Shown here: positions 25,726 to 38,804 of the stretch, piece by piece | Numbering within the stretch: the first letter of the stretch is position 1 | Layout of the letters: every line of letters begins with the position of its first letter | Source: Lama guanicoe | Taxonomy: Eukaryota | NCBI GenBank assembly: GCA_013239625.1 | Contig: MU054843.1 | Location: forward strand, 6,801,184-6,865,183 | Direction of reading: 5' to 3' | Length of the DNA stretch: 64,000 nt | Made by a program: the position numbers and the translations under genes | The notes under the pieces: model-generated | What the model saw: the letters and a program-made list of their open reading frames with translations, nothing else | What the model was told of the DNA's origin: nothing | The model's database searches: none

Positions 25726-27387
25726 ACAGCAGACACTCCACATACATGTCTGTTAAACAGAATTTAGAAGAACCTGCTTTGTGAGTGAGAATCGGGTTAA
25801 ATTAATCAAAAATCAGATGTGAGCCCATAAAGAATCAGTTATGCCATTGTTTTTCCCAGTCTGTAATTCATCTCAAAGAAAGAGCTTCCACCTTATAAAA
25901 GTTTGTTAGAAAGAAATTTGATAAGCATCTCCCACCCACAATACATTTGTCAAAAACTAACTTCCCTTTTGTGAAGGCTTTTATCAGGAAATCAAAGACA
26001 GTGCTAAAAGGAGGTAGTAGTTGCCATTTTCTCTGTTTCTCTATACCTGTGGAAACTGAGGCACAGAGGAAAGACACAGGTGTGCCAGGCCCGGTTTGTA
26101 GCTCAGCTGACTGCACTGCTCCAGGCCAGGGCCATTCGCCTACATGTCCTAAAATGAAGCAAAGTAAGTGGAGTGGAAACACACAGTTTTAAAATGCTGC
26201 AGTTTCCAGTGTTAATTGTCCAGAATTGAGGATAAAGACAGATTTTAGCTTTTTCTTTTTAATCACCATTTTCTCCATGGGCCATTTTCTGTCCTCTTAC
26301 TGTCAAATTTAAAGGATAAGACAAACTACAAAGATACACCTCTTCTTCACACTCTGCCCCAGGGCAGAGTTAGTGTTCACCAATAGCGAAGTATGTACGC
26401 TTCAGTTACAAATGTGTGACAGAGCCTCACATTTTGTGTGTGTGACCCCAATCTCAAAGAAACCAAAAAAGAAAAAAAAAAGAGATTTAATTTCACCAGA
26501 GCAAGGGAAAAAACTTCAAAAGCACAATGGAAGCAAAGGATTTTAGACTTGAGAAAAACCTTAGAGTCTGTTTTAGCCAAACTTCTTCACTTTACAGAAA
26601 AAGAAGCTGAACCTCAGAGAGATTTCCAAGTTAAACGGAAGCTATATCTGATCCCGAATCTAAAAGCTTTCATAGTACCCCCAAAGATAGGGTTGGAATT
26701 AACTTTATAAATACTGTATTCTAAGTTCCTCACTTCATTGATGAGGAAACTGAGGCCCAAAGAAATTAAATGACTACCTTGAAGTCATGTAGGTCCTTGG
26801 TTCTAAATCCCACATGTTTATGCTTCTCAGAGAGAGTTTTGGTACCTTCCTTCCCTGTCCCAAACCCCATCCAGCAGACTTCACCACTCTTTCATTCAAT
26901 GAGACGGACACGGTATTTTTCACATAATCTTATAACCACATCAATAAGGTTTGAAGACCCACTTCTCCTTTCTAGCTAGGCTAGCACTCCCTTATAGAAA
27001 TTCAGGAGCCACCAGTTAAGCCCAGGCCAGTGCAAACATGGCCAGGTAGCATCCAAGCAATTTAAAATATCTATCTGTGTTTTGTAACCACCCAAAGTTG
27101 GTCAGCCTCAAGGAGATCAACTAGGAGAGTTCAGCATTTTCCCATGTTGCATTCTGTTTCTATTTCCCCAAATCAATGAATTATGCTACTGAAAGACTAC
27201 AGTAAACAAAGATATTTTTACTTGTGGTTACAGTGGCTATATTGATCTTCTGCTTTTAGTAGTAAATATACTGAGATAATAAAATTGCTTAAAATTAATC
27301 AAATATAGGAAGTTATACAAATTCTATGTGGTCCATAGAACTATTCCAATAATAAATCAAGAAAGACTCAAGCTTTAGAGCTATTTG

Positions 27388-28640
27388 TTTCATTTATTTA
27401 ATAGTTTGGCAAAAACTGATTACTAAGTGCCCAGAACTTTCCAGGTGCTGAAGATAGAGCAGGGAACAAAGTTCCTGCCCTCTTGGATGTTACATTCTAA
27501 TAAACAAACAAGTAAAGCCATAATATGCTAGATGTTGATGAGTGTCATGGAGAAAAAGGAAGCAGGGGAGGCAGGGCAGCAGGTGCCAGATGAAGAGGTA
27601 GGAAGGTTGGTTGTTAAGTATTATATTTAAGATGGCCTTGTTGATAAATGGAAATGAAAGAAATGAGAGACAAGCTTTGTGTATATCTGGAGGAAGTACT
27701 TTCCCAGCAGAGAGCGAGCAAGTGCAAAGGCCTAAAGTGGGAGTGGTATACACTTGAAACAGCAAGAAGGCCGGGGATGGGACAGTGGAAAGAGATGATG
27801 TCTGAAAGGCAGTTGAGACCAGTTGTGTGGGGCCTTATAGGGCAATGGAGGGACTCTGACTTGTACTCAAGGTGAGAGGGAAAGGCATTGGAATGTGTGG
27901 AACAGAAGAGTAATATGATCTGATTTCCACTGGAAAGAATCACATTGCTTATGTGCTGAAAAATAATTGTAGCCTGTTATTGGCTATTACAATAATCCAG
28001 GTGAGAGGTGATGGTGGCTTGGACTTTGATGGTAGTGGTAGAGGGGGTAAGAAGTAGTAAGATTCTTGGAGGTAGAACCACAGGCATTCTTGGTGGATTG
28101 GATGTGGGATATGAGGAAAAGAGAAGAATCTGTGACTTCAAGCTTTTCCACTTCAGCAACTCTTGGAAAGAATTGCCATTTGTTAAAATGAGAATGACTA
28201 TGAGAGGAGTAGGTTTGGTTTGCAGGGGAGAGGGTTATGAACCAGGAGTTCGACCCTAACCTTGTTAGGCTGGAGATGCCTATTAGATATCCAACTAATA
28301 GACACATCCTATTACAGATACATCCTATTAGAGATGTGTCTCAAGGATGCAGTTGAACTCAGAGTTTAGCGCTGAAATCCAGCCTGGAGTTAAAAATATT
28401 GGTGGTATTAGCATATGAAAGATATTGAAAGCCATGAGATCAAATGAGATCATAGTGAAGGTAGATTAAAAATAAAAGAGGGGCCTTGAGACTCCAGTGT
28501 TTGAAGGTCAGCAAGATGACAAGGAACCAGCAAAGAAGGTGGAGGGAGGGACTGAGAGAGATACAAAGATCAGAGACCAGTATTCCCAAGTTAGGTGAGT
28601 GATCAGCTGTATCCAGTGCTGCTGGTTCTGGATACAAGCT
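27388..28640 (-). mobile_element. L2 LINE fragment (about 1.25 kb, 3' portion)
   Basis: L2 3' end (ccaggtgctgaagatagagcagggaacaaagttcctgccctc) followed by typical antisense L2 sequence (gcaagtgcaaaggcctaaagtggga, aataatccaggtgagaggtgatggtggcttggac, ggattggatgtggg). Confidence 0.85.
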
Positions 28641-29469
28641 GAATTATAATGAGAAAAGCAAAAAGTACCTGCCTGTGTCTACCTCTGTCACATCTGCAGC
28701 CTCCTGTTAATAATAACGATAGAAGAATAGTAATAATTAAGAACTACCTCCTTTTGAGTGTCAATCAATCAATCCTTTGGCAAATTTCACATGCCAACTC
28801 TGTTGGCTTGGTAGTGGCCACCTGAAGCATTGTGTTGAGAGGAAGTCTGAGGCTGCCTCTTAGCTTCAGGAAAAGGATTTGAGTTGTAATTTCTGCCACG
28901 GACATAGAATGAGGAATTGGCATCACATTTGCCAGATATTCATGATCCCTGTAATAGGACTTCATGTACATTTTCTGTAGGACACAAAACACCTCAGTGG
29001 TGGTATAATTAGCCACAGTTTACAAATGCAGAAACCTAGTCCAGGGATGTTCACTAATCACCATGAAGTGGCACAACTAGATGTGGCTAAGGGGGGACTT
29101 GGACCAGGTCAGCTGGCCTTTGCCCCACACTGCAGTTTCCCTCTCCATTCCATCAGAAACGTGCACAGAATTTCAGATCCTCGGGGTGTCCCTATTGTGA
29201 TTTAAACCTATAGCACAGAAAGCATATAATCAATAGTATAAACTTCAAAAGCAATGGCTCCTTTCTGCTCAAAGAAAATATAGTACAGCTGGAGTCATGA
29301 ACTGATTTAGAGAGAGATGTTTGCAAATGTCAGAACAAGAGGAAAAGAAACAAAACATGACACAAGAGTAGTCAAAATGATTCTAACAGAAGTTTTTTCA
29401 ACCTAGGGCAGTTGAAGATGACACAGTAAGAGCAACCATTAAAGATATGACTATTATTTTGTCTTCACC

Positions 29470-29483
29470 GTTCCCATAGCAAC
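29470..29483. promoter_or_regulatory. RFX X-box motif GTTCCCATAGCAAC
   Basis: Full match to GTHNYYATRRNAAC. Motif match only. Confidence 0.35.
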
Positions 29484-30954
29484 CTAGAATCATTCCCTGC
29501 CAAAAAATAACTCGGTAGGCACCCAAAATTTTCAGCTTCTCTTTTAGCACCAAGCCCTTCCCACAGTCATTTGTATTAACATTTGCAAAAGATTTATTTC
29601 CCTTTGATTCAAATAATACCACGTTCCCAAGAATATCTGGACTGGAGCATGGCCAGTTGCCTGCAGGGCCTGCAGCCATCTCCCTGGTCCTGGGCAGATC
29701 CCTGGGTGCCTATGAATGGCTCATTGTTCAAGACAAACCCACTGCAGAAAACAGAGAAAACACAGAAGAGGGATCAGTGTCATGTTCTGAGGACTGGTCT
29801 GGATTTTGAGCAATGAAACTCAGAGGGAGTGGCAAGCACCTAAGGCTATTCTGGGTCAGTGATCGATGCCTCTCAGCACAGGCCTTCTCTGAGACACTGC
29901 CCCAGGTCACTGTCAACAATCATTTTGGGAGATTCTGAACCAAAATCCTTCCATGTGGCCAAGCAGAAGGCTAGAGCAGCCCCAAACTGAAAGTCATCTG
30001 TATTATCCCCAAGCATCTGTTAAGTACCAACTGAATGCAGAAGTAAACAGTATTCTGAGAAGAGTAGATGTCACCTTCCAATAGAGTGTATAGTTTGAGC
30101 AACTGGCCAAAAATCCAAGTTGAACTTTAGACTTTTATATTATGGAGACTGGGAACCCGTATTGTGTTCTGATTTTTGCTACTGGGCTTTTCTGCATGTA
30201 TTTTGTTTTTTCTATCCCAGCTGTTAGGACACTTAGGAGAACGGTCCAACTGCCCATTTCAGAGTCCACTGAAATCAAAGATTAAAAGTACTATAATTTT
30301 AGCATTCCTTGGGATTAATCAAACTTTCACTAAATTCAACTGTAGAGTGAATTAGATGTTTTCCTGATGTAGACTTTCCCCATTTAGACCAGAGATGTAT
30401 TCATTCAGAGATGTATTGATAAACCCCACAATTACTGCTTGAAGAGTTTAATTTAGTAGACACAAGCCTATAGTTCAGATATGGCAATTTTCAAAAAGTT
30501 ACACTTTCTGGTACTTATTCAGACCTTTTATTGTCCTTATTTGAGTTTTTTCTTTTTAATAGTCAGAAAACTACCAGATTTCAGGATAAAATTCTCATGC
30601 CGCATTACTTCTCCCAGCTCTCAGAAACCCACCAAAACATACCAGGGAAAAGCAATGAAGTGATCCAGAAACAATAGACTAACTCAGTTATGGTCATAAT
30701 TAATCTATCTGCAAAAACAATAGCTGTATCTGCTGAAGTGAAAATATATCTGACTTTATGCCATGGAGAAAAATAAACTTAACTTGCTAAAACATGCCTC
30801 TATCCTTCAGTTGCCCTACTTACCGTTCTGCAAATGAGGCAGAAAAGCTATATGGAGTCTGAACCTCTACCCCATGGACACATCTTCATCTTCATTGAGG
30901 CCATTAATATATTAAAAACACTGATGAAGGGCTAGTTGTTGGGTAAAGTCATTT

Positions 30955-31123
30955 NNNNNNNNNNNNNNNNNNNNNNNNNNNNNNNNNNNNNNNNNNNNNN
31001 NNNNNNNNNNNNNNNNNNNNNNNNNNNNNNNNNNNNNNNNNNNNNNNNNNNNNNNNNNNNNNNNNNNNNNNNNNNNNNNNNNNNNNNNNNNNNNNNNNNN
31101 NNNNNNNNNNNNNNNNNNNNNNN
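30955..31123. other. Assembly gap (169 N)
   Basis: Direct observation. Confidence 0.99.
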
Positions 31124-32199
31124 ACACGCCCACTCTGCAGCTGATATTAAATAGCTTTGGTGGGAAAATGCAGACCTTTAAACTTTCTCTACCAAATTCA
31201 ATGCATTCTGTATTTAACTTCTTCTTTAAAACAGTTTGTGTTGTAAGAATTCAAAAACTGCATATGGCCATGGAAAAAAGAAGAAAAAGAAGAAGGAGCT
31301 TATACTTAATTAGCTACTGAGTCCGACTTGGATGAAACACAATAACAACCATTTCTTTGTGCTAACTATTTTTAATGATATGCATTACATGCATTGGCCT
31401 GTCTACTGCCTGGACTGTTCCAGCCTCAATCCTGCTTTAGTGTTATGTTTTTGGCAAAGGACAGCATTGGGGAAAGTCTCCATTTCGATATTCTGCCATT
31501 TTGGTAGGGATAATAGCTCCCAACAGCATGAATTCCCTGTAAACTTTAAGCCACCACCATGGTTTCCTGACTACCAGACAGTCAACATCCAAGTACTTCA
31601 GATGCCATACAAATATACTCCTTCCACCTCCACCTCCAATATTTTGATTCATCCCTTTTGGGTTTAACCTGCTCGATTATTTTAATCCAATTGCTTTTAG
31701 CTATTCTCTTCCATAACCTTTGGGTATAATTTTTCTACTTCCAACCAAGACCCAAGTCAAGCTAATTCAGGGTCAAAATAAGGACATATCGGCCATTTCT
31801 CCATGGCAAGAGGAGTAGCTTGTGCATTGTTTTAAAATCTTCTAGTTGTTTATGGAATAGGAATTTCCTATTTTAAAAGTAGAATCTCGGTTTTTCAAAT
31901 TAGAATAACCCTGAGTAGAGACGCTGTTTGGGGGGGTCAGAAGGTCAGGATCTCTCCTTGCCCTTGGAATGGGAAATCACTGGAATTTATTGTCTTTCAA
32001 AGCAACGGAGAGAATACAGAAGCAAATAGAATGTTGGAGAGCAAGGTGTGTTAGACCCACAAGAAAGCACCAACAGAGCAACACAGAGAAACCAACCCTG
32101 GGACTGTCATCCCTGCTTCAACCAGAGCTCTGCCGTCATCTACTTTATTCCCTGGCCTTAGGCATCAGGTTTATTTAGGAGAGAAAAGAGTTACTATAA

Positions 32200-32560
32200 C
32201 CACATTGAAAAACAGTTTGAGACCTGCATACACGTTGACCAGTAATTCTGCTCCTAGATGTGTATCCTGGAGAAATTTGTACCTATGTGCCCTAGACTGC
32301 ACATATATAAATGTTCACAGCACTGTTGTCTATAATGGCTTCAAACCAGAAGCAACCCAATTGTCCATCCTTAGTACAAGGGACTGATACATTGTGGTGA
32401 ATTCATACAATGGGAAACTACACAGCAGTACAAATTAATAAACCAGAGGTTTGTGCCACAAGATGGATGAAACTTGCAGACACAATGCTGTATAAAAATA
32501 GGCAAGATACAGAGGAAAACATAGAATTATTCCATTTATATAAAATGTAAAAACCAGCAA
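32200..32560 (+). mobile_element. L1ME-type fragment
   Basis: tgaccagtaattctgctcctagatgtgtatcc...aatgttcacagcactgtt...gaagcaacccaattgtccatc...attcatacaatgg. Confidence 0.75.
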
Positions 32561-32970
32561 GGTCCCCCTCTGAGCCCACTGGACAGATGTACATACTGTA
32601 CATGCACTCACAGATAGATACACGTGCCCACTTGTACCTGTACCCTCTTTTGGGTCTACCAGGCTTGCCAGTCCTATATAGACAATATCTAATATTTAAT
32701 CTATACCCTAAAACCTACTATACTTTGCATTTTGTAGATATCTGAAACCAAAATGAAGTTTATTAACTACAAATATTAAATGTTTCTATATATACTCTTC
32801 AAGCATCCTTCCAATAAACAGTGGAAGGGACAGTGTGAGTTGTAGGCTTGCCACTCCAGGGGTCTCTTCCTGAACTGTTACTCCTTGAGCTGCACAGAAT
32901 GTACTGCTTTTATAATGGCATTTAAAAAAAATCTTTATTATCCCCTTCCTTTTAAAATAATAGTTGCTGA

Positions 32971-33077
32971 GGGGAGGGTATAGCTCAAGTGGCAGAGCTT
33001 TAATCCCCAGTACCCCCTCTAAAAATAAATAAATGAATAAATTTGATTACCTCCCCCAAGTTTTTTTTTTAAAAAAA
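32971..33077 (+). mobile_element. vic-1-type SINE with internal deletion
   Basis: ggggagggtatagctcaagtggcagagc|tttaatccccagtaccccctctaaaaataaataaat...attacctccccc. Perfect 13-bp TSD aatagttgctgag (32959-32971 / 33078-33090). Confidence 0.9.
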
Positions 33078-33257
33078 AATAGTTGCTGAGAATACATTTA
33101 GCCTAAACTATTTTAGAAAGTCAAATTGTGAGTTAAGAAATTCTATGAGACATTTAGGGAAGGCATCACATACAGATGTGAATAATAATATGATTCTGAA
33201 ATCTTATGCAGGGGTCTATTTACTACATTTCTCCAAGTCAGTGGTATTCTTGGGTTC

Positions 33258-34056
33258 TTTTTTTTTTCATATTTAAAGCCTTTTTTCTTGCATCAGCAGC
33301 AGTTTCAGGCTCACGGCAAAATTGAGAGGAAGATACAGAGATTTCTGAATGCTCCTTGTCCCCACAAATGCATAGCCTCCCCATTATCAACATCCTCCAG
33401 CAGAGTGATACATTTGCTACAACTGGTGAAGCTCTGCTGATGCATCATTATCACTCAAAACTCATNNNNNNNNNNNNNNNNNNNNNNNNNNNNNNNNNNN
33501 NNNNNNNNNNNNNNNNNNNNNNNNNNNNNNNNNNNNNNNNNNNNNNNNNNNNNNNNNNNNNNNNNNNNNNNNNNNNNNNNNNNNNNNNNNNNNNNNNNNN
33601 NNNNNNNNNCCCCTTCCTTCAACCCCTAACAACCATTCATCTTTTTACTGTCTCCATATTTTTGCCTTTTCCAGAATGTTATGCAGTTGGAATCATATAG
33701 TACATAGCCTTTTTCAAATTGGCTCCTTNNNNNNNNNNNNNNNNNNNNNNNNNNNNNNNNNNNNNNNNNNNNNNNNNNNNNNNNNNNNNNNNNNNNNNNN
33801 NNNNNNNNNNNNNNNNNNNNNNNNNNNNNNNNNNNNNNNNNNNNNNNNNNNNNNNNNNNNNNNNNNNNNNNNNNNNNNNNNTTACGAATAAAGCTGCCAT
33901 AAACATCCATATGCAGAGTTTTGTTTGGACATATGTTTTCAAATTTTGGAGTAAATGCCAAGGAACACAGATGCTAAATCGTATAGTAAGAGCAAGTTTA
34001 GCTTTTAAAGAAACCATTCAAACTGTCTTCCAAAGTGGCTGGACCACTTTGCATTG
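33258..34056 (-). mobile_element. L1MC1/2-type 3' region containing two N-gaps (33466-33609, 33729-33881)
   Basis: Reverse-complement homologue of 8575-8970 (gcagtttcaggctcacggcaaaattgagaggaag...ctttttactgtctccat...gccttttccagaatg), continuing into the ORF2 end. Confidence 0.85.
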
Positions 34057-34705
34057 GACCAGAAATTTTCAATTTGATAAGGTAAAAGTAGAAAACTGAA
34101 GTTATGTCCCATACATGAAGAATTCCAAGATAATTCTCCTAAAAATGGAAATGTATAAGGAGCCAAAAGTCCAAGATAGCCAATCCTACCAAGCAGAGCA
34201 AAAGTACAGAAGGGAAGAACAAGTAAAAACACAGGCAACAAAAGAAAAATATTACATAAGAAAATCCAAATAAAGGGATAGAATTTTTAGGCCATGAAAA
34301 ACGTCCCTCCAAATAAACTTGCTATCATTCTCAAAGAAGCCTTATGCAAGTAGGAGTTTTCCAGCTATGGATAAACAAGAAAGAAGTGTCATTTCATGGA
34401 GAACTGGCCATGGGAAAAAATGCTTTTGTCAGAAGAAAGGCAGTATGTCCAGTCTCCCTCCCACCTTATCAGTAGAAGACCAATGTAACCAAAAACATCT
34501 GAAGAAGTCAAAATCCTCTATGTGTCATGCTGGTATTATGCCAGTAGCAGATAAAGCAAAACAAAAGGGGTGATTATTTTTTTTTCTTTGAAATGACCCC
34601 ATGCCCAAGGATTTGGTTTGCCTTCTGGAGTACACCTTCAGTGGGATGAACTCATTTAGTTAAAATTCCAGACAATGTTATTTCTTTAAAAATAATTCTC
34701 AGGGA

Positions 34706-34858
34706 GGAGGAGGAGGAGGGATAAATTAGGAGTTTGTAATTAACAGATACCTACTACTATATATAAAATAGATAAACAACAAGGACCTACTATATAGCAC
34801 AGGGAACTCTATTCAACTTCTTGTAAAATCCTATAATGGAAAAGAATCTAAAAATATA

Positions 34859-34895
<37 letters not shown>

Positions 34896-35010
34896 CTGAA
34901 TTACTTTGCTGTTCACCTGAAACTAACATTGTAAATCAACTACACTTCAATTAAAAAAATTTTTAAAACATTAATAAATTTATCCTCTTAAACAATCAAA
35001 AAAAAAAAAA
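34706..35010 (+). mobile_element. Young L1 3' UTR fragment with an internal (TA)n and an extended double tail
   Basis: gggataaattaggagtttgtaattaacagatac...cacagggaactctattcaac. TSD core ctcaggga (34698-34705 / 35011-35018). Confidence 0.9.
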
Positions 35011-36849
35011 CTCAGGGAATTTGCTCTCTGGTCCTCCAGTCTGTGCCTAACTGTACTCTCCGCGTTCCTCCCAGGGCTGCCCCGGCCCAGTAGCTCACAG
35101 TGAGAGCCTCCTGTCTTTGAATTCCTAGGGCACTAGCCGTGCATCACTCATTTGGACTCAGTTTCACAGAACGCTGCGTAGGGGCTTAACCACTCCCCAA
35201 ACACGTGTAGTTTGTTTCCCTACCCAGATTTCAAAAGTCATGGAAGACAGGCCTCTTGGGCATTCCTATCCATCCCCTACCACAGTGCTGAGCTCATAGT
35301 AGGTGCTCAAACCTTCCCCAGTGGCACCTTCACTCCATGCAGCCTTCCCCTCCATACCTCAAGATCCTCACCAGAGACAAATCCTCTGATAGCACTACTC
35401 ATCGTAGCAGCCATGGCTCCCCCTACCTGTGTTGCTTTAGTGTCTTCTCGTTCAGTTTTGCTTTAAAAGCAGACAGGGAACAGAAACTAAAATCACATCC
35501 AAATCAGTGAGTGCGCATTTTATGGAAAACAATGATTCTCAATGCTAGAATACAGATTAAGTCACCACTAAACCTTAACATACCATGATGGTAACAAAGT
35601 TCATCCCTGGGTGATAAACACAGGCAGGATCACCATGAACAACAAACGGAACAGAGAGGGATCGAAATTTCATATTAATTTGGAGTTAGACTCTCCAAGC
35701 TTTCAAGAGTACTGTTTGTTCTACTATAATGCGATATGTAGATTCCTAAAAAGTAACCTGGTTTGTCAAAAATTGTGCTATTAAAATAGTTGTTTTCATG
35801 GAAGGGGAAGGTTTTGAGGTAGGGTTAACGTTTCAGTCACGATAACCAACAGTGGAGGAATTTCACAGTTATAAATAAACGCTATTATCATATCAAAATG
35901 TATATATCCACTGATCAAAATTGCACAACACACCCAAATGTTTCATTCCGCATGCTCAGAATTTCACGGTCTTCTCCACGTCTTTTGGCTTTTATTTTGT
36001 GATTCTGTTTGTCGAGCCCCTCATCTTAAATCAAAGCACCAAGTAGTATAAATACCAAACTGCAGAACAGCTCAGCAAGAAGACACATAGCAGCATCACC
36101 CCAGGCTTTGCAGAGCCATAGCTCTTCTCCCCTCCTTGGGGTCCTAGTCCCTCAGTCACCCCTCATAACCAAAGGTAGTTTCATAATGCAAAAATGGTCA
36201 TTAATTAATAAAACACCTCATATCTAATTCCCATTATGAAAACTCCTAATGTAGGAAAAATGGTTAAACTCCAGGCTCAAAATTTAATTTGGGCTTTTCA
36301 CATCAATCACTGGCTTCCTGGGGCCACATCTGTGTTTTGTCTACGAGGGGTCTATGGCCATAGAGACACAGCCTCGTCCAGATTCACTTTCCCCCACCAG
36401 GGCAGGAAAATGGTTATTGCGCAATGAACAAAACCAAAAAAATCTAATAGAAAAGGCTAGGGGCGTCCCTACATCTCCCTAAGGTGTAGACACCTCTTCA
36501 CAGAATGATTTTGGAGGTGAGACTGAAGGGGCCGGAGGCTGTACCTCCAAGACAGCTCTTTATGTCCTGTGGCTTATTGGGATATAGTTTCTCAAAGGAA
36601 TGTCATCAACAGTGAAAACAGACAGACTCCTGAGGAAGGTTAGAATGAAATCTATTTTTTAAAAAGGTCATCTGTTTCATTCTTTTACAGAATCCACCAA
36701 ATCCATCCTAGATGAGTGGGTGAAAAGCATTACTTCCATGTCATATGATAAAATCATTAATTCCTCCCAGGAGTAACATATCACTCTGAGCTTATTTGGG
36801 ATTTTGACAAAAAAGCTTACCCAAGTTTTTTTTTTTTTTCAATTAACTC

Positions 36850-37100
36850 ATTCTAAGTTACTGTGGGGCTCTGGGAAAGTCAGACCTGGCTGCTAAGTAC
36901 TCTACCTGGATATCATCCATCCCCACAATGTTTCGAGAAAGAGTTCAGTAGCCTTGTTTCACAGATGAGGAAGCAAAGGCTTAGGGAGATTAAGTACCTT
37001 GCTCAAGAACACATACCTGGTAAACTCAGTGGGATCAGGATTCAACCCAGACCCTCTGATACAGATACACAGGCTTAACCACTATACCACACTGTCTTTC
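36850..37100 (-). mobile_element. MIR SINE
   Basis: ttcacagatgaggaagcaaaggcttagggagattaagtaccttgctcaag...ggattcaacccagaccctctga. Confidence 0.75.
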
Positions 37101-37134
37101 CTGCCTGAGCCACAAGAACAAAGAGTAGAAAAGA

Positions 37135-37542
37135 TGACTGGTGACTTGTTGGTGCCCATATCACATCCCCTCGGCCCACTTCTGATGTAAACCATGTTTT
37201 GGTAGAAAGTTCCATGAATCTCAGGCCAATTTTCTGCTTTCCTGCTTCAGGGTCTCTGAAAGTGCAGGAGCCCACCCAGCCATGTTCCAGCTTAGAAGTC
37301 CTCAACCAGTGGGGCACGGGATCCTGGAGAAATGCTTTCCAAAGGACAATCCTGGAGACACCCCATATGCTTCTCAGAACGGGAACCTGGTGCCACCAGT
37401 AGCAGCCACAATGATATACCCTTGTGTTAGCTTTTTCTCCTTCCTGCCACTCTCTCCCCACTCTCTCGTTCATTTCCCAAATCAACAACTTGCACCTGAG
37501 ATCTTCTCTCGAGTTTGCTTTTGAGGAAACTAAGCTTGAACA
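37135..37542 (+). mobile_element. ERVL solo LTR (LTR16-like)
   Basis: ggtgcccatatcacatcccctcggcccac...gtcctcaaccagtgg...cccaaatcaacaacttgcacctgagatcttctctcgagtttgcttttgaggaaactaagc. Confidence 0.6.
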
Positions 37543-38804
37543 TCCCGCCTTTGTGGGGTGATTAACTAGGCAGGTTCTTATGGCTCCCTCCCAATCTATT
37601 ATTCAGTGACTTTTAAATCACACAGAAAATTTCAACAGTCTTACACTCAATTAAGCCTGAATTCATTAGCCCTGAATGAAGCCCATTAACGCATACATTC
37701 CAGAAGGAGCTACTGCCCTTGCAGGAATGAGGAGACACAACCATGGGACAGTTCCCCCATGCCACGATTTACCAGGGTGCGAAGTGGCTATTTATCTGGG
37801 AAGGCTCATTCTACTCACTAGTCTATACAGAAGGCGTTGCATAATTCTGTATTAAATTATCCAGAAAGATCGTTTTGGTCCTCATATTATCATTTGCTTT
37901 TTTTTAATCCAGTTCAGACAAGTCTTTATGCATAATTGATAAGCTCTCTTCACCCAAGTAAAACTTTCTAAGAACAAGCGCTTTCTAGTTATGTGAGCTT
38001 ATGGGTGTACTTAAGACACTACGATGACAGTCCCCCAAAACCCTTGAGAGTATGAATATAGAAGGAGCAGGGACAGGTGAGAAGAGACACAGTGTTCACC
38101 TAGTCCAACCCTGTCTGTTCACAGACGAGAAAAGTGAATTGCTCAGACTTGTTGGGCTGTGCACTGTGCCCCAGCCAGTAAGAACCAGAACAGCCCAGGT
38201 GCTGAATGCACTGCCTTCTCCACGGAAAGCTAATCGCTGGCAAACCCAGCCAGAAAAATCTTCATGTCTCCAGTGGCTCTAGAATCAATATGGGATACTG
38301 CCTTGTGCAGACATTGTAAAGACTCCCCTTCTGCCTGTGTGAGAGGTAATGAAAAAGACAGAGTCCCTCAGAAACATGCCATGCAGTCAGTGGTATAATA
38401 ATTGCATAATAATCTCAGGTTTGCAGGGGTTTAGAGCTGAAAGAGGTCTGGTGGGTGGTTGTTCACCATTAGATGTCATTATTTTGGAAAAATTATGTAT
38501 TTCTCATAATAACTAGAAAATTGTTCCTTTTTTGCATTTCTCTAAGTATTTTATTTTTCAAGGGAGCAATAGCAATAATAATAATTAAGATTTATTGTGC
38601 AATTACTATGTTAACTGTCTGAAGTGCATTCTATATTCCCTATGTTGTGGGTACAATTATCACCCCCTTTAGGCCCTACAGATGCACCATAAACTCAGTT
38701 ATAAGTTAACATTCAAGAAAAAACAAAATCTATGTCTGCAATTTTTCACATAATGAGACATAGTAATCATTTTTTTTAAGAGATCTGCGACAATAATGTT
38801 ATTT

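Noticed and set aside
35705-36290. Possible Tigger-type DNA transposon remnants
   Set aside because: Too degenerate to define termini or family by eye.
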